Shown in pieces: positions 61,990-64,000 of a stretch of DNA of 64,000 nucleotides. Numbering within the stretch: position 1 is the stretch's first letter; each line of letters opens with the position of its first letter. Both the position numbers and the translations under genes were made by a program. The notes beneath the pieces were generated by a model. The model was not told the origin of the DNA, ran no database searches, and saw nothing but the letters and a program-made list of their open reading frames with translations. The stretch is taken from positions 896,001-960,000 of the forward strand of contig CBDHDG010000006.1 of NCBI GenBank assembly GCA_965261595.1, written 5' to 3'. The DNA is from a bacterium (GTDB lineage Bacteria > UBA8248 > JACPRG01 > G963555815).

Positions 61990-63177
61990 ATGGGACCGTT
62001 GGAGGGCATTCGCGTCCTCGACCTCTCGCAGGTCGTTGTGGGGCCATATTGCACCATGCTTTTGGGCGATCTGGGGGCCGAGGTCATCAAGGTCGAGCGG
62101 ACCGGCCGGGGGGACGACACCCGGTCGTGGGGGCCTCCCTTTCTGGAAGGCGAAAGCGCCTACTTCCTCAGTCTCAACCGCAACAAGAAAAGCGTCACGC
62201 TGAACCTCAAAGACCCGAAAGGGCTGAGTGTCCTCCTGGACCTCGCGGCGAAGAGCGACATATTCATCCAGAACTTCAAGCCTGGAACCATCGACCGGCT
62301 GGGCGCGGGATACGGGGCGGTCTCCGGTGTCAACCCGAAGGTCCTCTACTGCTCGATCTCCGCCTACGGCTCGACGGGGCCTTACAAGGACTACGCCGGG
62401 TACGACGTGATCGTCTCGGCCATCGGCGGGATGATGAGCATCACGGGCGAACCGGACGGACCCCCGACGAAGGTGGGCGTGGCCATCACGGACGTGGCGA
62501 CGGGGATGCTGGCGCACGGGTCGATCCTGGCGGCGCTCTACGCCCGCGAGCGCACGGGCAAAGGGCAGCACATCGAGCTCTCGCTCCTGGAGACCCAGGT
62601 GGCCGTCCTCATCAACCAGGCGAGCAACTACCTGGTGGCCGGGGTGGTCCCGCAACGCTGGGGGACCCGCCATCCCTCGATTGTCCCTTACCGGGCCTTC
62701 CAGGCGAAAGACAATTACGTCGTCATCGGCGCGGGAAACGACAGCCTTTATCAGCGGTTCTGCGGGGCCGTCGGACATCCGGAATGGGCCGAAGACCCGC
62801 GCTTTGCGGCCAACCCGGACCGCGTCCAAAACCGGGACGTCCTGGAGGGCATGATCCAGGAGGTTATTCAGACGCGCACAGCGGATGAATGGTTCAAGAC
62901 CATCTCGGACGCGGGGGTGCCTTGCGGGCCCGTGAACACCATCGACAAGGCCCTCCGGGATCCCCAGGTCCTCCACCGGAACATGGTGGAGGAGATCGAT
63001 CACCCGACCGCCGGACGGATCAAGCTGACGGGGATTCCCGTGAAGATGTCCGGCACCCCCGCCGAGATCCGCCTTCCGCCCCCGACGCTCGGCCAGCACA
63101 CCGATGAGGTCCTGCGGGACGTTCTGGGCTACGATGAAGGCCGCATCGGGACACTGCGCTCCGCGGGGACCATCTGA
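61990..63177 (+). CDS. CaiB/BaiF (class III) CoA-transferase
   Basis: PLEGIRVLDLS, LGDLGAEVIKVE, NRNKKS, PPTLGQHT. Confidence 0.93.
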   Translation: MGPLEGIRVLDLSQVVVGPYCTMLLGDLGAEVIKVERTGRGDDTRSWGPPFLEGESAYFLSLNRNKKSVTLNLKDPKGLSVLLDLAAKSDIFIQNFKPGTIDRLGAGYGAVSGVNPKVLYCSISAYGSTGPYKDYAGYDVIVSAIGGMMSITGEPDGPPTKVGVAITDVATGMLAHGSILAALYARERTGKGQHIELSLLETQVAVLINQASNYLVAGVVPQRWGTRHPSIVPYRAFQAKDNYVVIGAGNDSLYQRFCGAVGHPEWAEDPRFAANPDRVQNRDVLEGMIQEVIQTRTADEWFKTISDAGVPCGPVNTIDKALRDPQVLHRNMVEEIDHPTAGRIKLTGIPVKMSGTPAEIRLPPPTLGQHTDEVLRDVLGYDEGRIGTLRSAGTI

Positions 63178-63209
63178 CGCGAAATTCCCTCCAAGAGGAG
63201 ATGGTTCAA

Positions 63210-63608
63210 ATGGTCCACAAAGAAGTCATCGCCCCCTCGGGTCTCGGGGAGCCCATCGGGCCGTTCGTGCGGGGGATCCGCGCGGGCGGTGTCGCGGTGA
63301 TCTCGGGGACGAGCGCGCTCTCCCACGTCAAAGGCCCGTTCGAATCGCGCGAGATGCCCGGCGATTTCGAATCCCAGGCCCGCCTGACATTCAAAAATCT
63401 GGAGGTCGCCCTTCAAGCGGCCGGCCTGGGCTGGGAGGACGTGATCAAGATGATGGTGATCGTCAAGCGGCGGGAGGACTACGCGCGGATGAACGCCATC
63501 CGGAAAGAGCTCTTCGAGGACATCCCGATGGCGAGCACGACTTTCGTCGCGGAGCTCATCAGGGAGGACATGCTCATCGAGGTGGATGTCTGGGCGGTCG
63601 CGCCGTAA
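63210..63608 (+). CDS. RidA/YjgF family protein
   Basis: ISG, QARLTFKNL, MNAIR, ASTTFV, LIEVD. Confidence 0.85.
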   Translation: MVHKEVIAPSGLGEPIGPFVRGIRAGGVAVISGTSALSHVKGPFESREMPGDFESQARLTFKNLEVALQAAGLGWEDVIKMMVIVKRREDYARMNAIRKELFEDIPMASTTFVAELIREDMLIEVDVWAVAP

Positions 63609-63619
63609 GGCCTAAAACC

Positions 63620-63651
63620 TTGGGGGGACATTTTGAAAATTGTCCCCCCAA
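63620..63651. repeat. intergenic palindrome (REP-like or terminator-like)
   Basis: TGGGGGGACA-ttttgaaaat-TGTCCCCCCA. Confidence 0.45.
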
Positions 63652-63879
63652 TCCCCCCCTCAAAAACTTTCGTTGGAAATCTTCGAGTTGGTACAAGGAC
63701 CAGCCCCTCCGAGACTTTAGCGCGTCATGTGCGCAGGGGTCGTCTCCTCGGAGTTGGACTTTCTGCACTCGCCTACCGACTCGTTAACTTATCGGAGGAC
63801 CATGCGCCGGGGAGGTTGTGAAAAGCACGATCACCTCCACCCGCAACTTGGCCGGCGCGCAAGCGCCCCCGCGTGAAAT

Positions 63880-64000
63880 TCAGTTCAGCGTCTTCCAGTG
63901 GCCGTTGATCACCTTCAGGATATAGGACTTCTTTTCCGCGTCCTGGTGACCGCCGATGGTGACGATGCCCGTCGGTCCGCGGAACCCCTTCACCTTCGCC
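63880..64000 (-). CDS. 3' end of a periplasmic binding protein (LivJ-like), partial
   Basis: AKVKGFRGPTGIVTIGGHQDAEKKSYILKVINGHWKTLN*. Confidence 0.6.
   Translation of the reverse strand, partial: AKVKGFRGPTGIVTIGGHQDAEKKSYILKVINGHWKTLN

Overview
High-GC bacterial chromosomal window from a Gram-negative organism (Tol-Pal present). The gene style suggests a Nitrospinota/Tectomicrobia/deltaproteobacterial-type lineage, but this is inference only. The first ~16 kb is housekeeping: tolQ-tolR-tolA-tolB-pal-cpoB, AsmA-family, apgM, ligA, galU and two CNNM/CBS genes. The rest is a patchwork of metabolic, envelope and redox genes: LLM oxidoreductases, a UbiD decarboxylase with CoxM/CoxS-like subunits, glycosyltransferases, TetR plus SGNH lipase, amidohydrolases, NagA, SOD, ferredoxins, a CoA-transferase and RidA. 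I found no rRNA, tRNA or CRISPR array. The most notable structure is a 958-bp transposase-free cassette (52396-53353). It has 37-bp terminal inverted repeats and an 8-bp target duplication (IS1595-like), splits a secreted-protein gene, carries two orphan passenger ORFs, and has four NrdR-box-like 16-mers at its ends. Also notable are a 176-bp CTAG-flanked MITE containing a REP-like doublet (41884-42059), four copies of a TetR-type operator (34706-36247), and several genes with frameshifts, an internal stop or non-canonical starts. Several frameshifts lie in homopolymers, so long-read assembly error is a real alternative for them. All product calls come from motif recognition by eye; no database searches were run.
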